A stretch of 64,000 nucleotides of DNA from Bacteroidales bacterium (GCA_041393275.1 JAWKKL010000013.1:308-64307); one strand, 5' to 3'; shown: positions 32,743 through 42,715, counted from the first letter of the stretch. The notes: generated from the letters alone by a model not told the origin. Numbers and translations are program-made.

Positions 32743-32779
32743 ATAAAATGATACTCTTTAATCTTAAAAACTGTTAGCT

Positions 32780-33814
32780 ATGAAAACAAAACATGTCATC
32801 TATAGCCTGCTAGTTCTGCTTATTATCTTCACTGGTTGTCGCGAGATTACCGTTACGACAAAAGTCAATAAAAACGGTTCGTTTACCCGGATTATAAGCA
32901 TTCGAGGAGATTCGTCAGATCTTTACAAATCCGGCTTGCCATACCCTATTGATAGCTCGTGGATAAGCCATATTAAACCCGATACTTCAGAGGCCAATAA
33001 ATTCATTCTGACCTATTCTAAAACATACGCAAACAATGATCTGTTAAATGCAGAAATTGAAAACGATACAAGCTGGAAAAAACAGCTAAACAGAAAAATT
33101 GAGATCAATAAACGCTTTGGCCTTTTTTATTCCTATATACGTTACAGGGAGATATACCCTGCTGCCAATCCATTTACCAAACTTGATTACAAAAATTACC
33201 TTACCAATGGAGATTTGCAGATTTTTCGGGGCAATTTTTTGGCGTTAAACAAACAAGACAGCCTGCTGCTTGAAAAAACCGAGGATAAGATGGATGACTA
33301 TCTCCTCCAGTCAATATCCATCGAAATCAGGGATATTTTAAAGAAAGGCGTCCTTCAGGTCAACAATAAAAATCTTGATACCAGTATAGTTGATTTTTAT
33401 AAAGATAGCATTGATGTGAAAATTGATGATTGGGAATACGACAATCCGCAAGAATTTATTAGGTATATGAAAGAATGGACAGACAATCCGGCATTCGAAG
33501 ATTTGAATAAAATAGATCCTCCATTATTTCAAGAGCAAAACCAAAAGTTTCTATTTATCATGCAGTTAATTGAAATGGAGGATTTTACTAATGTTGTTGA
33601 AATGCCTGGATTGATCACTTCAACAAATTCAATCAATGTAAAAGGAAACCGGCTTAGCTGGGGGGTTGATGTCAATTCCTTTTTAGTTTCCGATTATGAT
33701 ATGACAGCTGAATCGAGGGTGATTAATAAATGGGGGTTTATCACTACGGGTATAGTTATTTTATTTACCATACTCATTTTCTTTGTAAAATTGAGAAATA
33801 GGAGAAATGTATAA
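32780..33814 (+). CDS. Hypothetical lipoprotein with C-terminal transmembrane helix
   Basis: Lipobox FTGC; EMPGLITSTNS motif; hydrophobic C-terminus followed by basic residues. Confidence 0.78.
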   Translation: MKTKHVIYSLLVLLIIFTGCREITVTTKVNKNGSFTRIISIRGDSSDLYKSGLPYPIDSSWISHIKPDTSEANKFILTYSKTYANNDLLNAEIENDTSWKKQLNRKIEINKRFGLFYSYIRYREIYPAANPFTKLDYKNYLTNGDLQIFRGNFLALNKQDSLLLEKTEDKMDDYLLQSISIEIRDILKKGVLQVNNKNLDTSIVDFYKDSIDVKIDDWEYDNPQEFIRYMKEWTDNPAFEDLNKIDPPLFQEQNQKFLFIMQLIEMEDFTNVVEMPGLITSTNSINVKGNRLSWGVDVNSFLVSDYDMTAESRVINKWGFITTGIVILFTILIFFVKLRNRRNV

Positions 33815-33842
33815 TCAATTTCAAACTTGTAAAAAGTAAACC

Positions 33843-34034
33843 TTATAATGTAAACTTCTTCTTCTTCTCGTCCCAGGAGATATAGGTAGCATTTGAATTT
33901 TTCGATACAAATTTGAGGTATTCTTCAGCCATTTCAGGATCTTTCTCCTGGTAAGTTTCATAAACCTGTCTTTTTCCTTTGTGACCATTAATTGTATTTA
34001 GTCCTTTTTTTCTCCAATCTTTTTTTGTAAACAT
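33843..34034 (-). CDS. Small basic hypothetical protein (63 aa)
   Basis: Free-standing ORF in an intergenic gap with ATG start, A-rich leader and natural composition. Confidence 0.6.
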   Translation of the reverse strand: MFTKKDWRKKGLNTINGHKGKRQVYETYQEKDPEMAEEYLKFVSKNSNATYISWDEKKKKFTL

Positions 34035-34286
34035 ATATCCTTGTTCTCGAATTAAAATTAATATCCTCTATAATGCAAAAAAAAAGACAAACGAAGTAAG
34101 TTATCGGTTGCACTAATTTCCGAATTATTGTTAACACGCCAAAACTAAATAAAAATATCTTGAGAAAAAATTTAATTATCTAAGTTCATTAGGGGAAAAA
34201 TCAGTAAATAGCCATCCTTATAATGCCTTATCGAATAAAGAAAAAAAGGAAGAAATTAATTTTAATTATCTTTTCGCAAGGATACA

Positions 34287-35113
34287 TTAATAACTGAAAT
34301 CTGTAAGTTCTTCACTCACTTTCCATAATCCATCCTGAATATCGATATCATATGATATTTTAGCTGAGCGAGATGGCCTGCTATTGGAAAAATACCTCCC
34401 TGATTCATTTGAAATAACAGGAGATGTTGCAAGATAGACACTGGTTTTGGAACCTTGTGAAAGATGGGTTCCCCCACTCCCCCATCCTTCATGCAATAAC
34501 TTTGTACTTATCACACCGGGATGAAGAACATTGGCCGTGACATGGGTATCACGAAGAATACGGGCAAGTTTGTAAGTAAATAAAATATTGCAAAGTTTGG
34601 AACGGGAATAAACATCATACCCATCAAAGAATTTTTCTGCCTGCAGATTTTCAAGATCAATCTGACTTGCATGAGCCTGTGAAGCTACATTAACAATTCG
34701 GGCATAATCAGATTTTTTTATCAAATCGAGCAATAATCCAGTAAATAAAAAATACGATAAATGATTTACAGCAAAGGTCAGCTCAAACCATCTTCACTTA
34801 ATTCACGCTGATTTTTATAAACACCCGCATTATTGATCAACACATCAATTTTATCGAAACGGTCATGAATATCTTCCGACATATCGCGGATCTGAGAAAG
34901 TGAAGCAAGATCACCGGCAACAATTTCAATACTATTGTTACCCGATTTTTGCTTTATTTCTTCTGTTGCTTGTATTGCTTTTGTTTTATTTCTTCCGTGA
35001 ATGATTACATGAGCACTCATTTCAGCCAGGTCGATGGCTGTTTGTTTTCCAATGCCATCGGTGGAACCGGTAATCAAAATAATTTTTCCTGAAATATTGT
35101 TAGTCGAATTCAT
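34287..35113 (-). CDS. Short-chain dehydrogenase/reductase (retinol-dehydrogenase-like), frameshift near 34785
   Basis: TGSTDGIG, NNAG, YSRSK and HPG motifs. Adding one T restores DGFELTFAVNHL. Confidence 0.9.
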
Positions 35114-35126
35114 ATTCAAATAACAA

Positions 35127-36251
35127 TCATACCTCCAGGAAGTTTAAAATAAACTGTGCTGTTTTTTTAGAAGCTCCTTTTCCACCGAGCCTGGCTTGTA
35201 AAATTTTATAATCTTCAAGCTGCTGATTTCGCTTTGCCTGATTTTTTGTGATAAGTTTTAGTTCTTCCTTAAGGTTCTTTGTATTAAAATCATCCTGAAT
35301 CAATTCTTTCACCACTTCCCTATCCACTATCAGGTTTACTAATGAAATAAATTTAATTATTGACTGATCAATCACCCTTCGCGCAATCTGATATGAAACA
35401 TAACTTCCTTTATAACAAACCACTTCAGGAACGCCGAATAAAGCCGTCTCAAGCGTGGCAGTACCGGATGTGACCATTGCACCATAAGCGTTTTGAAGCA
35501 ATGCATGGGTTTGTCCCGAAACCAACCGGGCATTTTTTCCATGTATGATATTTTCGTAAAAATCGTTTTCAATTGACGGTGCACCGGCCACTGCAAACTG
35601 ATAATCCGGGAAATCAGGAATAACTTCAAGCATGACTGAAAGCATTTTTTTTATTTCCTGTTTTCTGCTTCCGGGCAGCAAGGCAATAATGGGGTTATCA
35701 GAAAGTTTATTTTTCTTGCGAAAAGATACCGGATCATTGTCAGGTAATTGTGCTATCATGTCAAGCAACGGGTGTCCGACAAATTCCACATCAACATCGT
35801 AGCGTTTGTAAAAATCCTTTTCAAACGGTAGGATCACAAACATCCTGTCAACAAACTTTTTGATCTTATACACCCTTGATTGTTTCCATGCCCAGATTTG
35901 TGGCGAGATGTAATAAAATACCTTGAACCCCTCTTTTTTTGAAAATTCAGCAATGCGAAGGTTAAAACCGGGATAATCAACCAAAACAATCGCATCAGGA
36001 TTAAATTGCAAAATATCCTGTTTACAAAATTTAATATTTGAAAGGATGGTATTTAGATTGACAATTACCTCGGCAAAACCCATAAAGGCAAGCTCGCGGT
36101 AATGCTTCACGATGTCTCCGCCCTGCGCTGCCATCAGGTCGCCACCCCAACAACGGAAGTCAGCCTTTGGATCATTGGCTTTTAGTTCTTTCATCAGGTT
36201 TGAGGCATGTAAGTCACCCGAAGCTTCACCGGCGATGATATAATATTTCAT
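35127..36251 (-). CDS. lpxB: Lipid-A-disaccharide synthase
   Basis: MKYYIIAGEASGD, DYPGFN, SPQIWAW, VGHPL, LPGSR and SGTATLE motifs. Confidence 0.96.
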   Translation of the reverse strand: MKYYIIAGEASGDLHASNLMKELKANDPKADFRCWGGDLMAAQGGDIVKHYRELAFMGFAEVIVNLNTILSNIKFCKQDILQFNPDAIVLVDYPGFNLRIAEFSKKEGFKVFYYISPQIWAWKQSRVYKIKKFVDRMFVILPFEKDFYKRYDVDVEFVGHPLLDMIAQLPDNDPVSFRKKNKLSDNPIIALLPGSRKQEIKKMLSVMLEVIPDFPDYQFAVAGAPSIENDFYENIIHGKNARLVSGQTHALLQNAYGAMVTSGTATLETALFGVPEVVCYKGSYVSYQIARRVIDQSIIKFISLVNLIVDREVVKELIQDDFNTKNLKEELKLITKNQAKRNQQLEDYKILQARLGGKGASKKTAQFILNFLEV

Positions 36252-36252
36252 C

Positions 36253-36540
36253 TTAATTGAAAAGGTGCTTATGAAACCCAAAAAAGATAAGGATGCTAAC
36301 AAAAGTAACTAGCAATATCCCTCGACCCGTTTTGTCAAATTTTAAATTGACAAAATAATACCGTATTGGAAGCAGGTTTCCGGCCAGACTAATCAAAACA
36401 TGGGTTTCAAGATCAAGATAAAATTTAGCCACGCTCATGATAAATAAAAGGTAATTTATAACATAGATGATCAGGAAGAGAATAACCGGAACCATAACCC
36501 CGATCAACAAGCCGAATAGATAGTGGTCTTTTTTAAACAT
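36253..36540 (-). CDS. Small integral membrane protein
   Basis: Three hydrophobic helices; packed between surE and lpxB. Confidence 0.75.
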   Translation of the reverse strand: MFKKDHYLFGLLIGVMVPVILFLIIYVINYLLFIMSVAKFYLDLETHVLISLAGNLLPIRYYFVNLKFDKTGRGILLVTFVSILIFFGFHKHLFN

Positions 36541-37303
36541 TCATCTTCCATTTTTTAATAGACGAAATGGCCTTATGCGCTGTAAAATCGTAATGGACAG
36601 GCACAACAGAAACATAATTATTGGCTAAGGCCCAGGTATCGGTGTCTTCATCCGGATCGCCATTTTTAAACATACCGGTCAACCAAAAATATTCCCTCTG
36701 ATGGGGATCCAATCGTTCATCAAATTCTTCTTCCCATCGGCCTTTTGCCTGCCTGCAAATTTTTATTCCCTTTATTTCTTCTTTTTTAACAGCAGGGAAG
36801 TTAACATTCAGGCTGATACCTTCAGGTAAGCCATTTTTAAGAACATTTGTAATGATCGTTTTAATATAATCATCTACCGCACTAAAATCGGCACAATGAG
36901 AATAATCGGATAAAGAAAAACCGATGGCCGGTATGCCATCAATATTCGCCTCCAGGACAGCGGCCATGGTTCCCGAATAAATGATATTTATAGAGGCATT
37001 TGATCCATGGTTGATCCCTGAAAGCACAATATCCGGCTTATCATTGAGTACGATCTTTTCCCCAAGTTTCATAGCATCAACGGGTGTTCCATTACAACTA
37101 TATTCAACAAAGTCTTTTTCTTCTTTTATTTTGTGCAGGCGAAGCGGTGTTTTAACGGTAATGGCGTGCGACATCCCTGACATAGCACTGTCAGGCGCTA
37201 CAACTACCACCTTTCCAAGAGGCCTGGCAACATCAATCAGCTTTCGTAATCCCGGAGCAAAAATGCCATCATCATTGGTGATAAGTATTGTTGGTTTTTT
37301 CAT
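36533..37303 (-). CDS. surE: 5'/3'-nucleotidase SurE
   Basis: ILITNDDG, GTPVD, SGINHGSN and YSGTMAA motifs. Confidence 0.97.
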   Translation of the reverse strand: MKKPTILITNDDGIFAPGLRKLIDVARPLGKVVVVAPDSAMSGMSHAITVKTPLRLHKIKEEKDFVEYSCNGTPVDAMKLGEKIVLNDKPDIVLSGINHGSNASINIIYSGTMAAVLEANIDGIPAIGFSLSDYSHCADFSAVDDYIKTIITNVLKNGLPEGISLNVNFPAVKKEEIKGIKICRQAKGRWEEEFDERLDPHQREYFWLTGMFKNGDPDEDTDTWALANNYVSVVPVHYDFTAHKAISSIKKWKMNV

Positions 37304-37364
37304 AAACTATGCGTGACGTAATTTCCAGTAAATGTATTCAATAGTAAGCGCACAAAGATAAGGT

Positions 37365-37955
37365 TTATTGTACAAAGGCGATTAACTCCGAGTATAGCTT
37401 TTGAACCGGCAATCCTACAACATTTAGGTATGATCCTTCAATCCGTTCAATTCCAATATAACCAATCCACTCCTGGCCTCCATACGCTCCTGCTTTATCA
37501 TACGGCTTGAATTTCGTAACATACCAGTGGATTTCTTCCTGAGAGAGGGGTTTGAAATACACCTTTGTGACCGAATAAAAAGTCTGCATCTTTGAAGTTG
37601 TCCGCAGGGTTACACCGGTGATCACTTCATGCATCCTCCCCGACAGGGTTGATAATATCCTTACAGCATCGTCGTAATCAGTGGGTTTAAGCAGGATTTT
37701 ATTATCCAGCCACACAATGGTGTCGGCGGTGATGACCAGGCAATTTTCACATTTCGCACTCAAATCAAAGGCTTTGGCTTTTAGTTCGCTAAGATAAACC
37801 GCTATTTCGGCATGTTTTAGTGCAGGAGGATAAGATTCATCAACATCCATCGGTTTTACCTCAAAATCAATTTCGAGGTTTTTTATAAGTTTTGCCCTGC
37901 GTGGCGAACCGGAGGCCAGTATGATCTTGTATTTTTTAAGTTGATCGTGTAACAT
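37365..37955 (-). CDS. maf: Maf family nucleoside triphosphate pyrophosphatase
   Basis: LASGSPRR, ADTIV, DKAGAYG and NVVGLP motifs. Confidence 0.95.
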   Translation of the reverse strand: MLHDQLKKYKIILASGSPRRAKLIKNLEIDFEVKPMDVDESYPPALKHAEIAVYLSELKAKAFDLSAKCENCLVITADTIVWLDNKILLKPTDYDDAVRILSTLSGRMHEVITGVTLRTTSKMQTFYSVTKVYFKPLSQEEIHWYVTKFKPYDKAGAYGGQEWIGYIGIERIEGSYLNVVGLPVQKLYSELIAFVQ

Positions 37956-38897
37956 TTAAAAACTGATGTAAAAAAGCTGCATGGATAAAATTCCAGCCAG
38001 CATGATGATTTTATAAGCACTGCTGAGAAAATGGTATTCTTTTTTTGTTTCTGCAGTAAAGACATAGTATAAGACAAACAGAAACAACGATTGTACAGCG
38101 ATTGTTACATACCAAAAAACCATCATTAATCCGTGGGCATAAAGCAGGTATTGAAAATAACCCAATAGCAACATAGTGAAAACATGGAATCCAATGATAA
38201 CGGATTTCGAAGTCTTTTTCCCATAAACAATGGGCAGGGTTTTAAAACCGCCTTCCCTGTCGCCTTCCATATCCTCAGTGTCTTTTGAAATTTCACGAAT
38301 AAGCGATACAAAAAAAGCAAATACTGCATACCCCAAAACTATCACATGCACATGATTCAATTGGCTGAAAACATCTACAAAACGAATCGGATCGTTTTTC
38401 AAAGCAAAAAATTCAAACAGCCAGAGAACAAGAATAACAAGTGCCGATAACGTGGCAATCATAACATTCCCTGAAAGTATCTTTTTTTGATAGTACGATG
38501 AATAATACCAAAGCATGATACTTACCACCGGAAAAATAAACCCCAGCAACAAATAATTAATTTTTATGGCCAGGTAAAAACCAATTATATTTCCCGGAAC
38601 GGTAAGAACGATATAATAACGTTTGAGGTTTAATGCCGAAATCGTTGTGCCGGCAATTACTTTTTCGGGTTTGTTGGCCTGGTCAATTTTTTGGTCGAAA
38701 TAATCATTGATGACGTATCCGCCGGCAGCAATCAACATGGTACTAAATACAAGCAATATAAAATCGACAACAGGAAATGCCGAACTCGCGAGGCTTAATC
38801 CAAAATAAGTATCCATCACACAAAACCTCAACAACGATTGGGTCAATAATATGATGACAAGGTTTACCGGACGGATGATTTTTAAGTACGACAACAA
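37956..38897 (-). CDS. UbiA-family prenyltransferase (DGGGP-synthase-like)
   Basis: IRPVNL, GYVINDYFDQKIDQANKP and REISKDTEDMEGD motifs. Confidence 0.88.
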   Translation of the reverse strand: MLSYLKIIRPVNLVIILLTQSLLRFCVMDTYFGLSLASSAFPVVDFILLVFSTMLIAAGGYVINDYFDQKIDQANKPEKVIAGTTISALNLKRYYIVLTVPGNIIGFYLAIKINYLLLGFIFPVVSIMLWYYSSYYQKKILSGNVMIATLSALVILVLWLFEFFALKNDPIRFVDVFSQLNHVHVIVLGYAVFAFFVSLIREISKDTEDMEGDREGGFKTLPIVYGKKTSKSVIIGFHVFTMLLLGYFQYLLYAHGLMMVFWYVTIAVQSLFLFVLYYVFTAETKKEYHFLSSAYKIIMLAGILSMQLFYISF

Positions 38898-38921
38898 TCT
38901 ATTTTATAATTTAGTTCCCTC

Positions 38922-38997
38922 GTCCTCCGAAGCTTTAGCGCAGGAGGACATATTAACCCTTTAACTTATTAACTATTAACATTTAACCTATTAACCT
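38922..38997. repeat. REP-like hairpin followed by six TTAAC-core 7-8-bp tandem repeats
   Basis: GTCCTCC-gaagctttagcgca-GGAGGAC (38922-49); TTAAC at 38953, 38961, 38969, 38976, 38983 and 38991. Confidence 0.7.
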
Positions 38998-38999
38998 TT

Positions 39000-39521
39000 T
39001 TACCATTTAAACCCATCCTCTGTCATCCATTTTTCCTGAACTTTTAAGGTTTGTTCAATTATATCGCGAACACAGCCAGAGCCCCCTTCTTTGATAGAAA
39101 TATATTCAGAAATTCCTTTGATTTCAGGAACCGCATCAGCCGGACAACACGCCAGTCCAACAATTTTCATGGGTTTATAATCCGGAATATCATCGCCCAT
39201 ATACAATGTGTTTTCAGGTTTGGTCCCTTTTTCTTCAAGGTATTTAGTCAACACCACAACTTTGTTGTCAACCCCGAGAAAAAAGTCCTTGATGTTCAGG
39301 GTTTCAAACCGCTTTTTCATAGAATCGGAATTTCCACCTGAAATAATGGCCACGTTAAAACCAAGTTTGATGGCTAATTGCAATGCATATCCGTCTTTTA
39401 CATTGGCTGTTCGAAGGGCATCGCCGTCGTTCTGCAAAATAACAGTTCCATTGGTCAACACACCGTCGTAATCAAAAATAAACGTGTTAATATGCTTGAG
39501 TTTGTTTTTATAATTGCTCAT
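39000..39521 (-). CDS. kdsC: KDO-8-phosphate phosphatase-like HAD hydrolase
   Basis: FDYDGVLTNG, KDGYA, YMGDDIPD and GGSGCVRD motifs. Confidence 0.85.
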   Translation of the reverse strand: MSNYKNKLKHINTFIFDYDGVLTNGTVILQNDGDALRTANVKDGYALQLAIKLGFNVAIISGGNSDSMKKRFETLNIKDFFLGVDNKVVVLTKYLEEKGTKPENTLYMGDDIPDYKPMKIVGLACCPADAVPEIKGISEYISIKEGGSGCVRDIIEQTLKVQEKWMTEDGFKW

Positions 39522-40305
39522 TTTCTGGTTGCTTGTTGCTGGTTACTAGTTGATCGCTTATGAATTTATATAAATCGTATAATTCTTTATTGTCTTTAAG
39601 AAGTTCAAGATGTTGCTCCATTATTTTCCGGTCGCCACGAATGGCCGGGCCGGTTTGGGCATCCACAGGATTTATTGTCTGCACTTTTTCTGCCGTTTCC
39701 CTGATCAACGGTTTCAATAAATCGAATTCCAGATCCGCATCTCCCAGAATTTTCTGTGCGATGGTATACATAAAATTTGGAAAGTTGCATGCAAAAACAG
39801 CGGCAAGGTGCAGCATTTTTCTTTGACCGGAATTTATTTCATAAATTTTCTCGCTTACTTTTTTGGCTAATTTTTTTAATAAATCAAGGTTTTCCTGAGA
39901 ATTTGCTTCGAGGCAAAGAGGAATATCCTGAAAATTAATATTCCGGCATTTTGAAAATGTCTGCAAAGGATAAAAAACGCCATAACGATTTGAAATGGAA
40001 GATAAAATATCCAATGGCAAAGTGCCCGATGTGTGGACAACAAATTTATCGCGTAAATCTAACTTTTTACAAATCTCACCTGTTGCGTCATCTGTAAGTG
40101 AAATGATATACAAATCCGCATCAAGTTTAATTTCATCAATACTTATTGTAAAATCAGCAGATAACTTTCCGGCCAGCCATTCAGCAGAAGTTTGGGTCCT
40201 GCTGTAAACCTGAACAATCTTAAATCCTGCACCCACAAGTGCAAAACCCAGTTGCGTAGCCACATTTCCGGCACCAATGAAGGCGATATTTTTTATTTTT
40301 TGCAA
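39508..40305 (-). CDS. Rossmann-like plus DUF2520 domain oxidoreductase
   Basis: IGAGNVA, HTSG, YPLQTFS, HLAAVFACNF and QTGPA motifs. Confidence 0.9.
   Translation of the reverse strand: MQKIKNIAFIGAGNVATQLGFALVGAGFKIVQVYSRTQTSAEWLAGKLSADFTISIDEIKLDADLYIISLTDDATGEICKKLDLRDKFVVHTSGTLPLDILSSISNRYGVFYPLQTFSKCRNINFQDIPLCLEANSQENLDLLKKLAKKVSEKIYEINSGQRKMLHLAAVFACNFPNFMYTIAQKILGDADLEFDLLKPLIRETAEKVQTINPVDAQTGPAIRGDRKIMEQHLELLKDNKELYDLYKFISDQLVTSNKQPENEQL
39525..39552. repeat. Four degenerate heptamer tandem repeats
   Basis: CTGGTTG CTTGTTG CTGGTTA CTAGTTG in the 3' end of the DUF2520 gene. Confidence 0.6.
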
Positions 40306-40371
40306 ATAAAATTATTTGCGGGCGAAGATACGAAATCGTCAAAGAATAAGAATTTTCAAATGTAGATTATT

Positions 40372-42099
40372 TCAGGTAACATACCCAAACAAACCTACAA
40401 AGCGGTCATAAAGAAACCCAATAACAGAAACCTGGCTCCCATCTCCAATTTCTTTAGGTTCATTCTGATTTACCGGATTCTCATCCATTTCCTCAGGTAT
40501 ATTTAAAGGTACATCTTCTGTTTCTTCCAAACCCGAATCGGTCATTACCCAGGTTGTGCCTGATAGCCGGTAAGGCGAATGATGAAAATCATCAATGATG
40601 GTAAACATATTTTCGCTGACATTTACTCTGCAACCCACCGGTAATTTTATGACAATATCCACTTCCTGCTCGCGCCACACTTCATGCTCAGGCAACTTAA
40701 AAAACTGGTCGAAAACTATTTTATCACCATCAATGACATATTTAAATGAAGTTCGCTCCGCTCTCTCCTCTGCCAATTCGCTTGATTTTCCTCGGGCTCT
40801 GTAATAAAATTCAAGTTCTATCTTTTGGGATTTACTTTTTACAATTTCCAGTTGGGGAATACCATAGAAAAAATCATCGGCATCGTTGGTAATGATCATA
40901 TGTGCTTCATCTACTTCGAAATATTCTTCATAGCGGTAATAGCGGTTAAATTCTTCATTTTCCTTTAGTTCAAGTTTAATGAGGTTGTTTACCGGAACTT
41001 CCACGCTTACTGTTTCCTGGTGAACGCCAGTATGGCTGAAACTCCGAAAGACTTTAAAACTGTAAAACCCGGTAATAATAAGGGCAAGTAACCAAATATT
41101 CAGGGCGGTAATTCCAACAAAACGGGTACGGTCAAGGCCAAATACCAGTTTTACTCCTGCATACACGATCAATAAAAAAGGGATGGTTATCAGCACTATA
41201 AAGGCAGGTTTAAATAACAAACTATTACCTACTGAACCCAGGAAGAAATTAGCAATGGCCGGAAGTGAAATAAATACAAGTTCAGAATCTATGATAAATA
41301 TGTCCTGGCCGAAACCAAAAAGAACAGCAACAATAGCCGCTAAAAATGAAATCCCCAAAATGAACAAAATGATACCAGTAAATATCAGGATCATTTTTAC
41401 AAAAAGTTCAGCCACTTTGCCCAAAGCTTGCCCTACACCTTCAATATTTGAGCGCTGTTCATTGCTTTTTTTTTTATAGGTCCGTTTGGCATCACGAGCA
41501 AACTCGTTAAATTTATTTTTCAGGTTGCTAATCTCCTCCCGAATTGATTTTTCAATGTTTGAGATGTTTACTTTTTCGCCTTTCATTTCGAGGCGTTCAG
41601 CGGCCGTTTTGGCTTCCGGCAAAACGATCCACAGCACAGCATACACCAGTAAGGGGGTACCGATTCCGGGAATACAAAGCAGGACAAACGCAACCCTGAA
41701 CCAAACCGGATCAGTATTGAAATAACTGCCCATACCACCGCAGACACCACCCAAAACCGAATGTTCGGGATCGCGGTAAAGCCTTTTGGTGTTCCTTTCT
41801 GAATAAGAGGATTTACCGGATTCTTCCTCTGCAAACTCTTCCCCAAACTCGCTGGGTTGGCCAATGACATTAATGACTGCTTCGATATCGTCAAGGGTTA
41901 TTACCTGTCGGTTGTCCCCGATCCGTTCCTTCAGCATTTCTGCGATCCTCGCTTCAATATCAAAAATGATCTCTTCACCCCCTTTGGTTCGCGAGAAGTT
42001 TTTTCGGATGCTTTGAAGGTAATCATTCAGGACGTTGTAAGCATCTTCATCAATGTGAAATACAATGCCGTTTATATTAACTGTTAGTGTCTTTTTCAT
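40372..42099 (-). CDS. pspC: PspC domain-containing membrane protein
   Basis: MKKTLTVNING..DEDAY, DIEARIAE and RLYRDP...GGVCGG motifs, TM helices, periplasmic C-terminal domain. Confidence 0.9.
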   Translation of the reverse strand: MKKTLTVNINGIVFHIDEDAYNVLNDYLQSIRKNFSRTKGGEEIIFDIEARIAEMLKERIGDNRQVITLDDIEAVINVIGQPSEFGEEFAEEESGKSSYSERNTKRLYRDPEHSVLGGVCGGMGSYFNTDPVWFRVAFVLLCIPGIGTPLLVYAVLWIVLPEAKTAAERLEMKGEKVNISNIEKSIREEISNLKNKFNEFARDAKRTYKKKSNEQRSNIEGVGQALGKVAELFVKMILIFTGIILFILGISFLAAIVAVLFGFGQDIFIIDSELVFISLPAIANFFLGSVGNSLLFKPAFIVLITIPFLLIVYAGVKLVFGLDRTRFVGITALNIWLLALIITGFYSFKVFRSFSHTGVHQETVSVEVPVNNLIKLELKENEEFNRYYRYEEYFEVDEAHMIITNDADDFFYGIPQLEIVKSKSQKIELEFYYRARGKSSELAEERAERTSFKYVIDGDKIVFDQFFKLPEHEVWREQEVDIVIKLPVGCRVNVSENMFTIIDDFHHSPYRLSGTTWVMTDSGLEETEDVPLNIPEEMDENPVNQNEPKEIGDGSQVSVIGFLYDRFVGLFGYVT

Positions 42100-42111
42100 T
42101 TTAATATTGAT

Positions 42112-42456
42112 TTATTGATTAGTTTCTTTTTGACTTAATGATATTCTGTTTACTGAGGCCACGAGGTCTTTCCAGCTATTGTCGAGTTCGGCAACAAACG
42201 TTTTACCGGTATCGGTGATGGAGTAATATTTTCGCGGCGGCCCCGATTTCGACTCTTCCCAACGATAATTCAAGAGGTTATCGTTTTTCAGGCGGGTGAG
42301 TAGCGGATAGAGTGTACCTTCCACTACGATGAGTTCAGCCTCCTTTAACTGAAAAATAATATCCGATGCATAAACTTCTTTCTCAGCAATAATGGATAGA
42401 ATACAAAACTCAAGTACCCCTTTTCGCATTTGCGCTTTTGTTTTTTCGATATTCAT
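42112..42456 (-). CDS. padR: PadR family transcriptional regulator
   Basis: QMRKGVLE, EGTLYPLLTRL and GPPRKYY motifs. The start is at MNIEK because the -7 element lies just upstream. Confidence 0.95.
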   Translation of the reverse strand: MNIEKTKAQMRKGVLEFCILSIIAEKEVYASDIIFQLKEAELIVVEGTLYPLLTRLKNDNLLNYRWEESKSGPPRKYYSITDTGKTFVAELDNSWKDLVASVNRISLSQKETNQ

Positions 42457-42460
42457 GCGG

Positions 42461-42502
42461 CAAATATAATACAAAAAATAGTACTATGCAATACATAGTA
42501 CT
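42461..42502 (-). promoter_or_regulatory. padR-pspC promoter (TATATTTG) with palindromic operator over the -33 region
   Basis: AGTACTATG-caata-CATAGTACT (42480-42502); -7 element at 42461-42468. Confidence 0.75.
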
Positions 42503-42677
42503 AATTTTTTTTAAGTAGCTTTAACAACATATTAGTTATTGTATTGATAGAAAGCTGATTAGCTGTTAAAAAATTATTAAACAATTTTTTTCAAAAAGAT
42601 AAATGTGATACAAATCCGTTTGATAAAGTCAGGATGCTTTCAGGAGGTAAAAATTATATCTGTGAACTATATGGCGC

Positions 42678-42715
42678 AAAACAACAAAACCTGGACAGGT
42701 TTATCCAGGTTTTGT
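42678..42715 (-). terminator. 12-bp hairpin, probable intrinsic terminator (possibly REP-derived)
   Basis: ACAAAACCTGGA-8nt-TCCAGGTTTTGT, followed on the minus strand by TGTTTT. Confidence 0.65.
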
